This document shows positions 18,059 through 27,570 of a stretch of DNA of 64,000 bases, in pieces. Origin of the DNA: Longimicrobiales bacterium. GTDB taxonomy: Bacteria > Gemmatimonadota > Gemmatimonadetes > Longimicrobiales > Gaopeijiaceae. Numbering within the stretch: the first letter of the stretch is position 1; every line of letters starts with the position of its first letter. The notes below the pieces were generated by a model that made no database searches, had not been told where the DNA came from, and was given only the letters and a program-made list of their open reading frames with translations. Made by a program: the position numbers and the translations under genes. The stretch covers positions 2,112,001-2,176,000 of the forward strand of contig CBDAON010000004.1 of assembly GCA_965198065.1 (NCBI GenBank), read 5' to 3'.

Positions 18059-19029
18059 GGGATGACCCCCCAACGGGACCCTCTCAGCACCGCGTCGCAC
18101 CCGATCAGGAGCATCACTAGCGCCAGGAACCAGGGGCGCTCGGAGCGGCGCGTCTCGACTTCCGTCACGACTGGCGCCGGCTCCTCGATCCGATCGATTT
18201 CCCGGTAGATCGCGTCCAGACTCGCGGCGCTCGTCGCCTGAAAGTAGCGACCTCCCGTGAGGGACGAGACGCCCTGGAGCACCGTCACAACCTCCTCGGA
18301 GTCGGACCCGGGAACGGCTCCGACGTCACCGGCCTCCTGGTCGGGTGAGATGATGCCGATCGCGTGAATCCGCACGTCCATCGCCGCCGCCGCGCGAGCG
18401 GTCGCGAGGGGCAGAACCCCCGCGGCGTTGTGCGCTCCGTCCGTGAGGAGCACGATGACCCTGGGCTCGCGCTCGGACTCGAGCACGCGCCCGAGGGAGG
18501 TCAGGACGGCTCCCGAGATGTCGGTTCCATTCCTGACCAGGTCGACGGCGAGAGACTCCACGGCGGACACTACGAGAGCTTCGTCGGTCGTGGGAGGAAT
18601 CCGCGTGAACGCTTGCCCTCCAAATCCGACGAGCGCCAGCTCGTCCGAGGGACGGCTCGATGCGAAGCGGACGGCAGCCTCCCGCGCCACCTCGAGCCGG
18701 CTCCGGCCGGTCATGTCTTCCGCGAGCATGGACGTGGAGAGGTCGATGGCCAGCGCGATTGCCATGCCCTCCGACGAGACGCGTTCCTCGACGTAGATTC
18801 GCTCGGGCCCCGCGAGCGCGATGACGAGCGTGACGAGCGTCGCGGCGCGCAGGAGCCTGGGTGCGCCGAGCGCGATCGTCGATCCGGCCGTAGAGTGCCG
18901 AGGAACGAACCGCCCGCGGGCGAGCGAGAACAGCACCCCGCGACCTGCCCACGGCCAGACCCAGGTGGCCCAAAGGGGAAGCAAGAGCAGGAGGTAGAGC
19001 AGATCGGGGTGGGCGAAACCAAATCGCAT
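18055..19029 (-). CDS. VWA-domain protein (BatA-like)
   Basis: N-terminal FAHP..L BatA segment, DLSTSM, PPTTD, LLTDG, GGRYFQA, IYREIDRIE. Confidence 0.85.
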   Translation of the reverse strand: MRFGFAHPDLLYLLLLLPLWATWVWPWAGRGVLFSLARGRFVPRHSTAGSTIALGAPRLLRAATLVTLVIALAGPERIYVEERVSSEGMAIALAIDLSTSMLAEDMTGRSRLEVAREAAVRFASSRPSDELALVGFGGQAFTRIPPTTDEALVVSAVESLAVDLVRNGTDISGAVLTSLGRVLESEREPRVIVLLTDGAHNAAGVLPLATARAAAAMDVRIHAIGIISPDQEAGDVGAVPGSDSEEVVTVLQGVSSLTGGRYFQATSAASLDAIYREIDRIEEPAPVVTEVETRRSERPWFLALVMLLIGCDAVLRGSRWGVIP

Positions 19030-19283
19030 CAGGGCTCCTCGATCGGGCGGTCCGCGCGAGCCGTACGGCTTCGCGCCTGGCGGGACCGACGTGCGACAAC
19101 CACGACGCCCGGGCCCACCGATCCGTCCGTGGGCACGCTATCGACCTGGGGCCGGAGTTTCAAGCGCGCGAGGGCTCGACTCGTGACGTCGCTCGTCCCG
19201 GTCTTTGCCGTCGCGCGGTCCCCGATCTAGCTTGCCAGTCACCCGCATTTTCGACTGCCCACATTCGGCAAGGGAGTCGGCTC

Positions 19284-21026
19284 ATGGGCTCCACCGCTCT
19301 GAGGTTCACGGTCGTGTGTGCGTTCCTCGTCGTCCTGCTCGGGGCGGGGTGCAGGGGGGGTGGGGAGCTCGCCGACGCGGACTGGCCGATGTACCGTGGC
19401 GACATGGCGGGGACGGGCTACTCTCCCCTCGTCCAGATCACGCCTGGGAACGTGGGGACGCTGGCGCGAGCGTGGAGCTACTCCATCGAAGCCGCGGCCG
19501 ACGCCGACGGCCAGACACTGGCGCGGGCGCCGAACTCCCAGGCAACCCCGATCGTGCTCGGCGACCGCATGTACGTGCCCGCTGCAGACGGCGTCGTAGC
19601 CCTCGATCCGACGACCGGTCAGGAGGTGTGGCGCCGGCGGATCTCCGGTGACCCTCCGTCCCGGCGAGGGGTCGCCTATTGGCCGGGCGACGGAGAAACA
19701 CCGCCGCGCATTCTGTTCACGTCGGGGAGTCGTCTTCTGGCGGTGGACGCGGAGGAGGGGACGCCGGTTCCCGCCTTCGGGGTCGGGGGCGTGGTGGACC
19801 TTGGGATCCCGTACAACTCCGTGCCGTTCGTCTACGACGACATCGTCGTGGTCGGAGCGAACACGCCCCCCGGGACCGGTGGAGGTGTCGGAAACGCGCG
19901 GGCATTCAGCGCCCTGACGGGCGAAAAGCTTTGGGAGTTCAGCTCCGTCCCCCAACCCGGCTCGGTGGGGAACGACACGTGGGAGGGCGACAGCTGGCAG
20001 GGCCGCCTGGGGGTGAACGCCTGGCCGTTCTACTTCACCATGGACGAGGCGCGAGAGCTCCTCTACCTGCCCCTCGCGTCCCCCATTCCGGGAGCGTACG
20101 GGGGCGACCGGGGCGGCGCGAACCTGTTCGGAAACTCCGTGGTGGCCGTGCGCATCCGGACGGGGGAGTACGTCTGGCACTTCCAGACCATCCACCATGA
20201 TCTGTGGGACGCGGATCCGCCGGCTCCACCCGTCCTGTTCGACATTCCTCGAGGCGCTTCCTCCGTTCCGGCCCTCGGGGTGACCACCAAGTCCGGGTAC
20301 CTCTACATCTTGAATCGGGAGAGCGGGGAGCCAATCTACGGTGTCGAGGAGCGGCCGGTGCCCGCTAGCGACGTGCCCGGTGAGCGCTCCTATCCCACGC
20401 AGCCCTTCCCCGTGAAGCCGCCGCCCCTGGCCCGCGTGAGCTACGGACTGGGAGATTTGGTGACGGCGGACGACACGTCGCCAGAGCACGGCGCCGCCTG
20501 TGCCGCGCTCGTGGCCAGCGTGGGAGAGATCTACAACGCCGGACCATTCACACCGTGGGTGTACCGCCCGGAGGGTGGACCCGAGCGAACCACGCTCCTC
20601 TTTCCGGGGAGCGTCGGGGGTCCGAACTGGGGAGGTGTGGCCTTCGATCCGGGCTCGGGATACCTCTTCCTGTTCAGCCAGGATATCGGATGGCTGGGTT
20701 GGATGGAGAGGGCCGAAGACGGCTCCCCGGGAGACGTCGTCTGGCAGCGGCCGCTGGGGATCACCGAAGGGCTTCCCCCGGACCGCCGCAAAACCGGCCG
20801 GCCGGGACGCGCCGCCGCGATCGTCTCGGGGAGCGGGCTCCTCTTCATCGCTGCCACCGACGACAGCCGCTTCCGCGTGATCGAGGTCGCGACCGGACGC
20901 GAGCTCTGGGTGACGACGTTCGAGCGGAGGGGAAACGCGAATCCGATCACGTACCAGGGACGCGACGGGAGGCAGTACGTGGCCGTCGTTGCCACGGACC
21001 GGGTGGTCGCGTTCGCGCTGCCGTAG
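19284..21026 (+). CDS. PQQ-dependent (quinoprotein glucose dehydrogenase-like) lipoprotein, apparently with an internal deletion
   Basis: Lipobox-like GAGC, DWPMY, YSPLxQI, WHFQTIHHDLWD, PTQPFP, GGPNWGG, NPITY..GRQYVAV. Confidence 0.82.
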   Translation: MGSTALRFTVVCAFLVVLLGAGCRGGGELADADWPMYRGDMAGTGYSPLVQITPGNVGTLARAWSYSIEAAADADGQTLARAPNSQATPIVLGDRMYVPAADGVVALDPTTGQEVWRRRISGDPPSRRGVAYWPGDGETPPRILFTSGSRLLAVDAEEGTPVPAFGVGGVVDLGIPYNSVPFVYDDIVVVGANTPPGTGGGVGNARAFSALTGEKLWEFSSVPQPGSVGNDTWEGDSWQGRLGVNAWPFYFTMDEARELLYLPLASPIPGAYGGDRGGANLFGNSVVAVRIRTGEYVWHFQTIHHDLWDADPPAPPVLFDIPRGASSVPALGVTTKSGYLYILNRESGEPIYGVEERPVPASDVPGERSYPTQPFPVKPPPLARVSYGLGDLVTADDTSPEHGAACAALVASVGEIYNAGPFTPWVYRPEGGPERTTLLFPGSVGGPNWGGVAFDPGSGYLFLFSQDIGWLGWMERAEDGSPGDVVWQRPLGITEGLPPDRRKTGRPGRAAAIVSGSGLLFIAATDDSRFRVIEVATGRELWVTTFERRGNANPITYQGRDGRQYVAVVATDRVVAFALP

Positions 21027-21128
21027 CTTCGCGTCGGGCGCCTATCCGCCCGAGGGTGCTCGCGGATCCCACAGGGCCGGCGGCGCGGAGCGCTCCGCCC
21101 AACGGGAGCCCCCCGGCCGTTTTGTGGA

Positions 21129-21568
21129 TCAGCCCTCCCGTACGGACGAGACCACCAGCTTGAAGCCATCTGGATCTTGGAGCCGGAACACACGCGCCCC
21201 CCAAGGCATGTCCTTCGGCTCGGACTCCAGGGTGCCGCCCCGCTCCTTGATGCCCCGCCCGATCTCGTCCACGTCCTGGGTCGTAGTCAACTGCATCGAG
21301 AAGCCCTGGCCCTTGACCCGGTCCCATCCCTTCGCGCCGTCGTCCTGAGCGAGCAGGAGCCGAACGCTCCCGGCAACCAGGCTGACGGCGCCGAGCTTGC
21401 CGTCGCGCTCGTGCCTCTCGGCGATCGTGAAGCCCACGACGTCGCGGTACCAGGCTAGGCTCTTCTCGATGTCGTTCACGGTCAGGAGGCGGAGAGCGCG
21501 CGGCCGCGGAGGGACGGCGGCTGCGATTGGTCTCGGCGGTCGACGACTTCGGGGGAACCGGGGGTCAT
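21129..21568 (-). CDS. VOC/glyoxalase family protein; 1-nt frameshift near 21485
   Basis: C-part NDIEKSLAWYRDVVGF...DMPWGARVFRLQDPDGF; upstream ATG 21568 reads ...SLRGRALSAS then TGA, and one extra C restores SASLTVNDI. Confidence 0.8.
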
Positions 21569-21850
21569 GGGCGGTGCTCCGGGTGGGGGTGGTCGTCTCT
21601 GGTTGCTATAGGATCAATTGGGGCGACCCGTGGCGGATGGCAAGGGCGGCCCGGCTCGGGCTCCGGACGCGACGGAGGCGCGCAGCCGCGGATAGCCCAG
21701 GGCCAAGCTCTGGGGCTTCATGGGTCGGCTCTTCTCTTTCTGGTTCAAGAGCACCCGACCCGCACCCCCGTGGGTTCCGCAAGTGGCTCCCACGGGCCGG
21801 GAACCGGGGCGTTCGACCCAGGGGCGCCGCGCCCGATCCCGCTCTTCCCC

Positions 21851-23875
21851 CTAGCCCTCCCAGGCGTTGTTGTCGCGATCCACGTCGGGGAAGAGCTCGT
21901 CGGGGTCGATTTCGGCCCGTTCCACGGTCGCGCCGGCTGGGAGCGACACTGTGAGAGTGTGCCGCGTGGCTCCCTCGAGCCACACCTCGACCGGGATCGT
22001 CTCCACGAGCGTTTGCCCCCCGGAGAGCTCGAGCTCGATGGTCGCGGGCAAGGGCGCGCTCCCCAGGTCCATCACGGTCACGCGGGCGACCGGAGCGCCC
22101 GCCGCTCCCTGACCCATCTGAACGTCCTCGATCGCGTGATCCAGGTAAGCGGTCTCGTACCAGAAGGGGTGCCAGAACCAGTCCAGATCCCGGCCGGCGA
22201 CGGACTCGACGGTGTTGAAGAAGTCAAGCGGGTCGGGATGCCGGTACATCCACCGGTCGGTGTACTCCCGAAGGGCCTCCCAGACGGTGTCCTGTCCGAT
22301 TAGCGCCTCGAGCGTTTTCAACATCGTGGCCGGCTTCCAATACGACGCGAACGGGTACGTCCCGTTCGGACCGTGCAAATCTGCGTGCCGCATCGACGGG
22401 GTTTCGAAGTCCTCGCCCGCCACGCTCAGGTATGCGTTCTGGTCCGTCCGCCAGTACTCCGGCTCGTCGAAGTAGTCGCCGGTGGCATACCCCTCGATGT
22501 AGGTGGTGAGACCCTCGTCCATCCAGGCGTACGAGGGCTCGTTAGACCCGATCATCATCGGGTACCACATGTGCCCGATCTCGTGGTTGAGCGTCTCGTA
22601 GACCGTGCGTGCCTCCGGAAACGCCCTCACGAACGTGAGCATCGGATACTCCATGCCGCCCACCGGGCCCTCCGCTCCCGTCATCTGCGGCCAGGGATAG
22701 GGGTGCCAACGCTCCGCGTGGAAGGTCACGGCGTGCCGGACGTACTCGGCGGACTCGGACCAGGAGTCCACGGTCGGGCGGTACAGGGCGTGCACGGCGA
22801 CGACCTCGTCCTGGCCGTCGCCATTCGCGTCGGGTGTGATGGCGCGTGTGGCGTCCCACACGTACTCGCTCGACGTGGCGAACGCGAAGTCGCGGACCCC
22901 CTCCGCGCGGAAGCGCCACGTGAGCGTGCCCGTTGGGTCGGTCCTCGTGGCGGTTCCGGCGCCCCGCTCCGACTCTCCGACCACCTGGACGACCTCGTCC
23001 GAGACCAGCGCCCGATCCAATCGATCGAGAATCGTGCCCGGAAAGACTTCGTCACCGTTTTGGAGCGAGCCCGTCGCGCCCACGAGCCACCCCTCGGGCA
23101 CCGTGATCGCCACGTCGAAATCGCCGTACTCGAGGTAGAACTCCCCATTCCCCAGGTAGGGCCACGTGTGCCAACCCTCGAGGTCGTCGTAAACCGCAGC
23201 CTGCGGATACCACTGACCCACGTTGAAGAGCTCGCGATCGATGTGGCCCATGCGCGGGGCCCCCTCCGGGGGCACGACGAAGCTCCAGTCGATATCGAGC
23301 TCGGCGGAGCCCTGGACGGGAATGGCTGCATCCGGGTAGACGGCCATCAGCGTGCCCAGGACCAGGTATCCACCCCGCTGGGGCGTTTGGACCCGGCTCA
23401 GCTCCCGTCCCCCGAGCTCCACTCGCTCGATCGTCATGCCGCCCGTGATCGGCACGGTTCGAGTTCGATCGGCCCCTTCGGAGAAGAGGTTCTGGTAAAG
23501 GTGGAGGATCAGCACGCCAAGGGGCTCCGGCGATCGATTCCGGTACGTGATCGTCTCGCTTCCCTGGAGCGTTGTCGTCTCGGGATCGAGCTCGGCTCGG
23601 ATGTCGTAGTCGACCTCTTGGGTCCAGTAGTTGCGACCGGGGGCCCCCGACTCCGTCCTGGTTCCGGAGGCGATCGCAGCCTGAAATGCCCGGCTCACCG
23701 GAAGGGGCCGGGCGGCCCACCGAACTCCGGGTCTCTCAGCGGCGGCGGCGCCGGGGGCGAACGGTGCCAATACCGGTCCCGGTGCCGGCAACTGGGAGGC
23801 CGTGCCGGTCGCGCATCCGGTCGCCAGCAGGCCGGAGGTCGCCACGAGCCGAAGGGAGCGGAGACCGGAGCGCAC
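21851..23875 (-). CDS. M1 family zinc aminopeptidase, lipoprotein
   Basis: GGMEYP, HEIGH followed by WMDEG, lipobox ATGC; SD AAGGAGG before GTG 23875. Confidence 0.88.
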   Translation of the reverse strand: MRSGLRSLRLVATSGLLATGCATGTASQLPAPGPVLAPFAPGAAAAERPGVRWAARPLPVSRAFQAAIASGTRTESGAPGRNYWTQEVDYDIRAELDPETTTLQGSETITYRNRSPEPLGVLILHLYQNLFSEGADRTRTVPITGGMTIERVELGGRELSRVQTPQRGGYLVLGTLMAVYPDAAIPVQGSAELDIDWSFVVPPEGAPRMGHIDRELFNVGQWYPQAAVYDDLEGWHTWPYLGNGEFYLEYGDFDVAITVPEGWLVGATGSLQNGDEVFPGTILDRLDRALVSDEVVQVVGESERGAGTATRTDPTGTLTWRFRAEGVRDFAFATSSEYVWDATRAITPDANGDGQDEVVAVHALYRPTVDSWSESAEYVRHAVTFHAERWHPYPWPQMTGAEGPVGGMEYPMLTFVRAFPEARTVYETLNHEIGHMWYPMMIGSNEPSYAWMDEGLTTYIEGYATGDYFDEPEYWRTDQNAYLSVAGEDFETPSMRHADLHGPNGTYPFASYWKPATMLKTLEALIGQDTVWEALREYTDRWMYRHPDPLDFFNTVESVAGRDLDWFWHPFWYETAYLDHAIEDVQMGQGAAGAPVARVTVMDLGSAPLPATIELELSGGQTLVETIPVEVWLEGATRHTLTVSLPAGATVERAEIDPDELFPDVDRDNNAWEG

Positions 23876-24154
23876 ATTCACCTCCTTGGCAGGGCGGCGA
23901 GAGGAAACCCGATGATGCCGATGCGGTCGGAGGCCGGTCCCAGCGTCTGCCCGGCCGGCCTCGATCGGCCCGAAACATATCCCGAGGCCGGCGGTAGAGC
24001 CACGCGTCCCGGAGCCCAACGAGCCGAAGGACGGTGGCGCAGCCGAGGCTCGGACCCGTAGCTTTCTCAGGGTTATAGGCATCGCACCGGGCGCGGACAC
24101 CAACGAGCGTGCGGTTGGCCCGCGCCAATCCGCTTCGAGCAGGAGCCGCCGACG

Positions 24155-24538
24155 TTGGCCACCATCCTGGTCGTGGACGACGACCCCAATACGCGGGTCC
24201 TCCTTAACAAGGTGCTCGGAGATGAGCTGGGCCACTCGCTGGTGTTCGCTCCGGACGGTGAGGCTGCGATCCTCAGGTACAATCGCGTGCGGCCCGAGCT
24301 GGTCATCACGGACCTGGTGATGCCGAACGTGGATGGTCTCAGCCTGATTAGGGAGCTCAAGTCCATGGGCGCGCCGGCCAGCATCATCGCGATTTCCGGA
24401 AAGGCGCCGGAGGGGTTTGAACGCGCGAAGGAAGCGGGGGTGGTGGCGGCCCTTCCCAAGCCGCTCGAACGTGAGGCGCTGGTCTCTGCCGTAGACGCCG
24501 CACTGGCGAGTCCAGATGCCGAGGACCGGATGGATTAG
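24155..24538 (+). CDS. Stand-alone response regulator receiver protein
   Basis: ILVVDDD, ITDLVMP, IAISG, LPKP. Confidence 0.88.
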   Translation: MATILVVDDDPNTRVLLNKVLGDELGHSLVFAPDGEAAILRYNRVRPELVITDLVMPNVDGLSLIRELKSMGAPASIIAISGKAPEGFERAKEAGVVAALPKPLEREALVSAVDAALASPDAEDRMD

Positions 24539-24546
24539 GAGGACCG

Positions 24547-25005
24547 ATGCCGTATGGGAAGCCCAGATCGTACCGGGCCGGTCGAACGGGTGGGACGGCC
24601 CTCCTCATGCTCCTCGCGGGCTGCGGGGGTGATGGATCAGCCGGAGGAGGCGGGCCGAATGCCGCGGATCCTGCCGTGGAAGAACCCGCGCGCAGTCGGA
24701 ACGCCCCCGGAGTCCATCAGGTCGGATCGAACGAGTACGAGGTGGTCATACAGGCGTCTGAGGGCGGATACAGCCCCTCGGAGATCCACGTCCCCGTGGG
24801 AGCGCAGGTCACCTTTCGGCTCTTGTCGGTGGATATCCCCCACGGCTTCTTCATCGACGAGACCGGCGTGAAGCTGAGCCCCGTGCCCGAGGAGTACCGG
24901 GAGGCGGTCCACGTCTTCGACAGCGTTCGGGTGCACGACTTCTACTGCGACGAGTACTGCGGCGGAGGTCACGACTTCATGCGCGGGCGAATCATCGTCG
25001 AGTGA
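24547..25005 (+). CDS. CuA-type cupredoxin lipoprotein (cytochrome c oxidase subunit II C-domain-like)
   Basis: Lipobox LAGC; SVDIPHGF and CDEYCGGGHDFM carry the CuA ligand set. Confidence 0.82.
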   Translation: MPYGKPRSYRAGRTGGTALLMLLAGCGGDGSAGGGGPNAADPAVEEPARSRNAPGVHQVGSNEYEVVIQASEGGYSPSEIHVPVGAQVTFRLLSVDIPHGFFIDETGVKLSPVPEEYREAVHVFDSVRVHDFYCDEYCGGGHDFMRGRIIVE

Positions 25006-25075
25006 GGCCGAGGGCTTCTAGGCTGCGGCTACTGGGCCGCGCCTACGAGCGGGAGTGACTCGCCGGGAAGGAGAG

Positions 25076-25957
25076 TTAGCGCGCGACTCCGCCCCCGGGA
25101 GCAGGAGCCTCCTCGGGGAGGGGAACGAAGCGTACCACCGCATCCACGATCCCGCGGGCCGCAAGATCCGGATTGTCCACGATGACCCGGCGATCCGCCG
25201 GGTTCGTCAGGAATCCCGTCTCGATGATCGCGCCGACCGTCATCGGATGGATCGCGTGGTCGTAGCGGCGTGAGTTGAATGCGTAGTAGTTCCGCATTCG
25301 CCTCGGCACGTTTGGCCGGCGCCTGAGGCTCGTCGCCTCCGCGTACGTTTCGGCCAGGACCTCCACGAACTCCGACGCCCGTCTCGTCGCGTCCCTCCTC
25401 GGCGCCCCGACGGTGAACCCGGACACCGCCGGATCGTTGTAGCCGTCCGCGTGAATGGAGATGAAGAGGTCTGCCGAGTACCGCTGGGGAACCGTGGCTG
25501 GAAGGATCTCCACCGCGTACCCCCGCTCCTCAAGGAGGCGCGCAGCGCGTTGGGCGACTTCGAGTGTCACCTCCCACTCGGCCTTGCCGCCGCCGACCGT
25601 ACCGCCGTACCGGAGGTCACGAAGCTCCCTCGGCGCTTCGGACGAGCGCCAATGGCCGGCCTGGAGACCGATAAGGGGCATCGCACGCCGGTCCACGGCA
25701 GCCGCAAGGGCCGGCGTCCCCGCTCCCGCTGGGGAGACGGGGCCTGGGATGTCGAGGGAGCTGCGATCAACCTGGATGGGAGAACTTGCCCGCGCGGGGA
25801 CGACGGGGAGGGATGCCCGATCCAGCGCCGCGACCGGCTCGCGTCGAGCATCGGAGGCGCCGTTCTCGAACGTGAACGAGCCTGACATGGCGAGCGCGGG
25901 GACGAGCAGCCCCATCCCGACCGCGGACCGCCAGGATCCGTTCCTTGGCATCCCCAT
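25076..25957 (-). CDS. N-acetylmuramoyl-L-alanine amidase (Amidase_3)
   Basis: LQAGH, EWEVTL, FISIHAD, IIETGFLTN; N-terminal hydrophobic segment. Confidence 0.85.
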   Translation of the reverse strand: MGMPRNGSWRSAVGMGLLVPALAMSGSFTFENGASDARREPVAALDRASLPVVPARASSPIQVDRSSLDIPGPVSPAGAGTPALAAAVDRRAMPLIGLQAGHWRSSEAPRELRDLRYGGTVGGGKAEWEVTLEVAQRAARLLEERGYAVEILPATVPQRYSADLFISIHADGYNDPAVSGFTVGAPRRDATRRASEFVEVLAETYAEATSLRRRPNVPRRMRNYYAFNSRRYDHAIHPMTVGAIIETGFLTNPADRRVIVDNPDLAARGIVDAVVRFVPLPEEAPAPGGGVAR

Positions 25958-26057
25958 GAGCCCAGCTCCTCACCGTGTGCACGGCTCCCTCGGTCCTCTG
26001 CGCCCGGCGAATCACACCTCCCTCCGATCCCCGCCCACCGGCACGTGGGCGTGCCAG

Positions 26058-26087
26058 ACTTTAGAGCGACCCGTTTCGGTCTGTCAA
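26058..26087 (-). promoter_or_regulatory. Putative sigma70 promoter of the amidase gene
   Basis: Minus strand TTGACA, 18 nt spacer, TAAAGT. Confidence 0.6.
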
Positions 26088-26376
26088 TCCGCCTCTCGAC
26101 ACCTCAGCGCCGTGATCCGGCTCGCTCTTCCATCTCGGCCTCGAACCAAAGGCTCTCGGAGTCGCGGGTCACCATCGCCAGCGCGACCTACTGTTGGGTC
26201 CAAAAGAAGGGCACGTCCACGAAGGGCAATCGCCGGGTCAACATGCTCCGTGCAACCGCTCGGCCGTCGCCCAGTGTTCGAAGCGAACCCACCGACCGGT
26301 CCTGGAGTCTGCCCAGCGGGCGATGGTGCTTCCGGAGAATCGGTAGGAACGGGGCCGGAGCCGAGCCTCATCCCGA

Positions 26377-26844
26377 TCAGGCTGAGGTTTCGGCCCCTCC
26401 GTATTCGGTGTCCGATACGGCGCCGAGCCAATCGGTGTGCGCGCTTTCCAGGTTCAGCGCCACGTGGACCATCGCGTGGTCAGGGTCCGCCCCGTGCCAG
26501 TGCCGCTTCCCGGGCGGAATGCGCACCACGGACCCCTGCGGGTGTCGCTCGATTGGCCCGCCCTCTCGCTGGAGGAGACACGTTCCCTCCTGGACGAGCA
26601 GGATCTGCGTTCCCGCATGGGCGTGCCAGTAGGTGCGTGCACGGGCAGCGAACCGCACGTAATAGACCCGCGTCGGCCGCTCCGGGGCGCTGTCTGCGAG
26701 CAGGCTGCTGTAGGCTTCGCCCGTGAAGGAGCTCGAGTCCGTCCGCCGGAGAGGAAAGGAGACCGCTTCGCCCGCGCCCCGGCTCGGACCCCCGGCTTCG
26801 GGGCCCCCGGAACCGGAGTCGCCTCCACTTGGATCGTGCCTCAC
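26377..26844 (-). CDS. Cupin domain protein
   Basis: FTGEA, RTYWHAHAGTQIL, IPPGKRHWHGA, MVHVA; start uncertain (GTG 26844 follows TAGTTT-N7). Confidence 0.78.
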   Translation of the reverse strand: MRHDPSGGDSGSGGPEAGGPSRGAGEAVSFPLRRTDSSSFTGEAYSSLLADSAPERPTRVYYVRFAARARTYWHAHAGTQILLVQEGTCLLQREGGPIERHPQGSVVRIPPGKRHWHGADPDHAMVHVALNLESAHTDWLGAVSDTEYGGAETSA

Positions 26845-26976
26845 GCGGGTCAAACTAGGACGCGCCTCGTCGGGGGGCCACCGCTGCAGACGGGGCCGGT
26901 GAGCGCCCCACGGCCCCCTCACCCTTCGATGCCGTTCACGCTACTGTTGTTCCCGGGGCACGACTCCGAGATCGAG

Positions 26977-27570
26977 ATGACCGACGCCGCTCAGCTCCTA
27001 GCCCGCGCGATCGAACGCTTCGACGAGGTGAACGCCCGGGACCCCCGGACTACCCCGGTGGGCGAACGGGAGGAGCCGACGGAGCTGGTCTACGCCCGCC
27101 GCATGACGGTGACGCTGGATCGCTTTGCTCCCGGGGCATCTGATGAGCTTCGCCTGGCCATCCGCGCGCAGCACATCTCCAGGTGGAGCATTCCGCGCTC
27201 CGAGTTTCCCCCGGGTCGAAGCGGGTACAAGGCCTGGAGGACACGCCTGATGGACCACCACGCGGAGCTCGCCGCGGGCATCCTGAGAGACGTCGGTTAT
27301 GGGGAGCCGACGGTCGAGCGAGTGGGCCAGCTCCTCAGGAAGCGGGGCCTCAAGCGAGACCCGGAGGTGCAGACGCTGGAGGACGTGGTCTGTCTAGTGT
27401 TCCTGGAGTATTACTTTGAGGAATTCGCGGCCCAGCACGAGGACGATAAGCTGGTCGAGATCCTTCGCAAGACCTGGGCGAAGATGAGCGAGCGGGGGCG
27501 GACGGAGGCCCGTGGGCTGGAGCTGGGAGCGAGGGGGAAGAAGCTCCTCGCCCGAGCCCTGGGCGAATGA
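26977..27570 (+). CDS. DUF4202 family protein
   Basis: FDEVNARDP, RAQHISRW, GYKAWR, QTLEDVVCLVFLE, KTWAKMS. Confidence 0.85.
   Translation: MTDAAQLLARAIERFDEVNARDPRTTPVGEREEPTELVYARRMTVTLDRFAPGASDELRLAIRAQHISRWSIPRSEFPPGRSGYKAWRTRLMDHHAELAAGILRDVGYGEPTVERVGQLLRKRGLKRDPEVQTLEDVVCLVFLEYYFEEFAAQHEDDKLVEILRKTWAKMSERGRTEARGLELGARGKKLLARALGE

Noticed and set aside
21482..21484. In-frame TGA as selenocysteine or programmed recoding (also at 50340)
   Set aside because: The coding sequence resumes in a different frame, not the same one; single-base indels explain both.
25960..26060. c-di-AMP riboswitch or sigma54 box upstream of the amidase
   Set aside because: No ydaO-type conserved blocks; TGGCACG..GC spacing is off by one, and the sequence is a simple hairpin after a sigma70 promoter.
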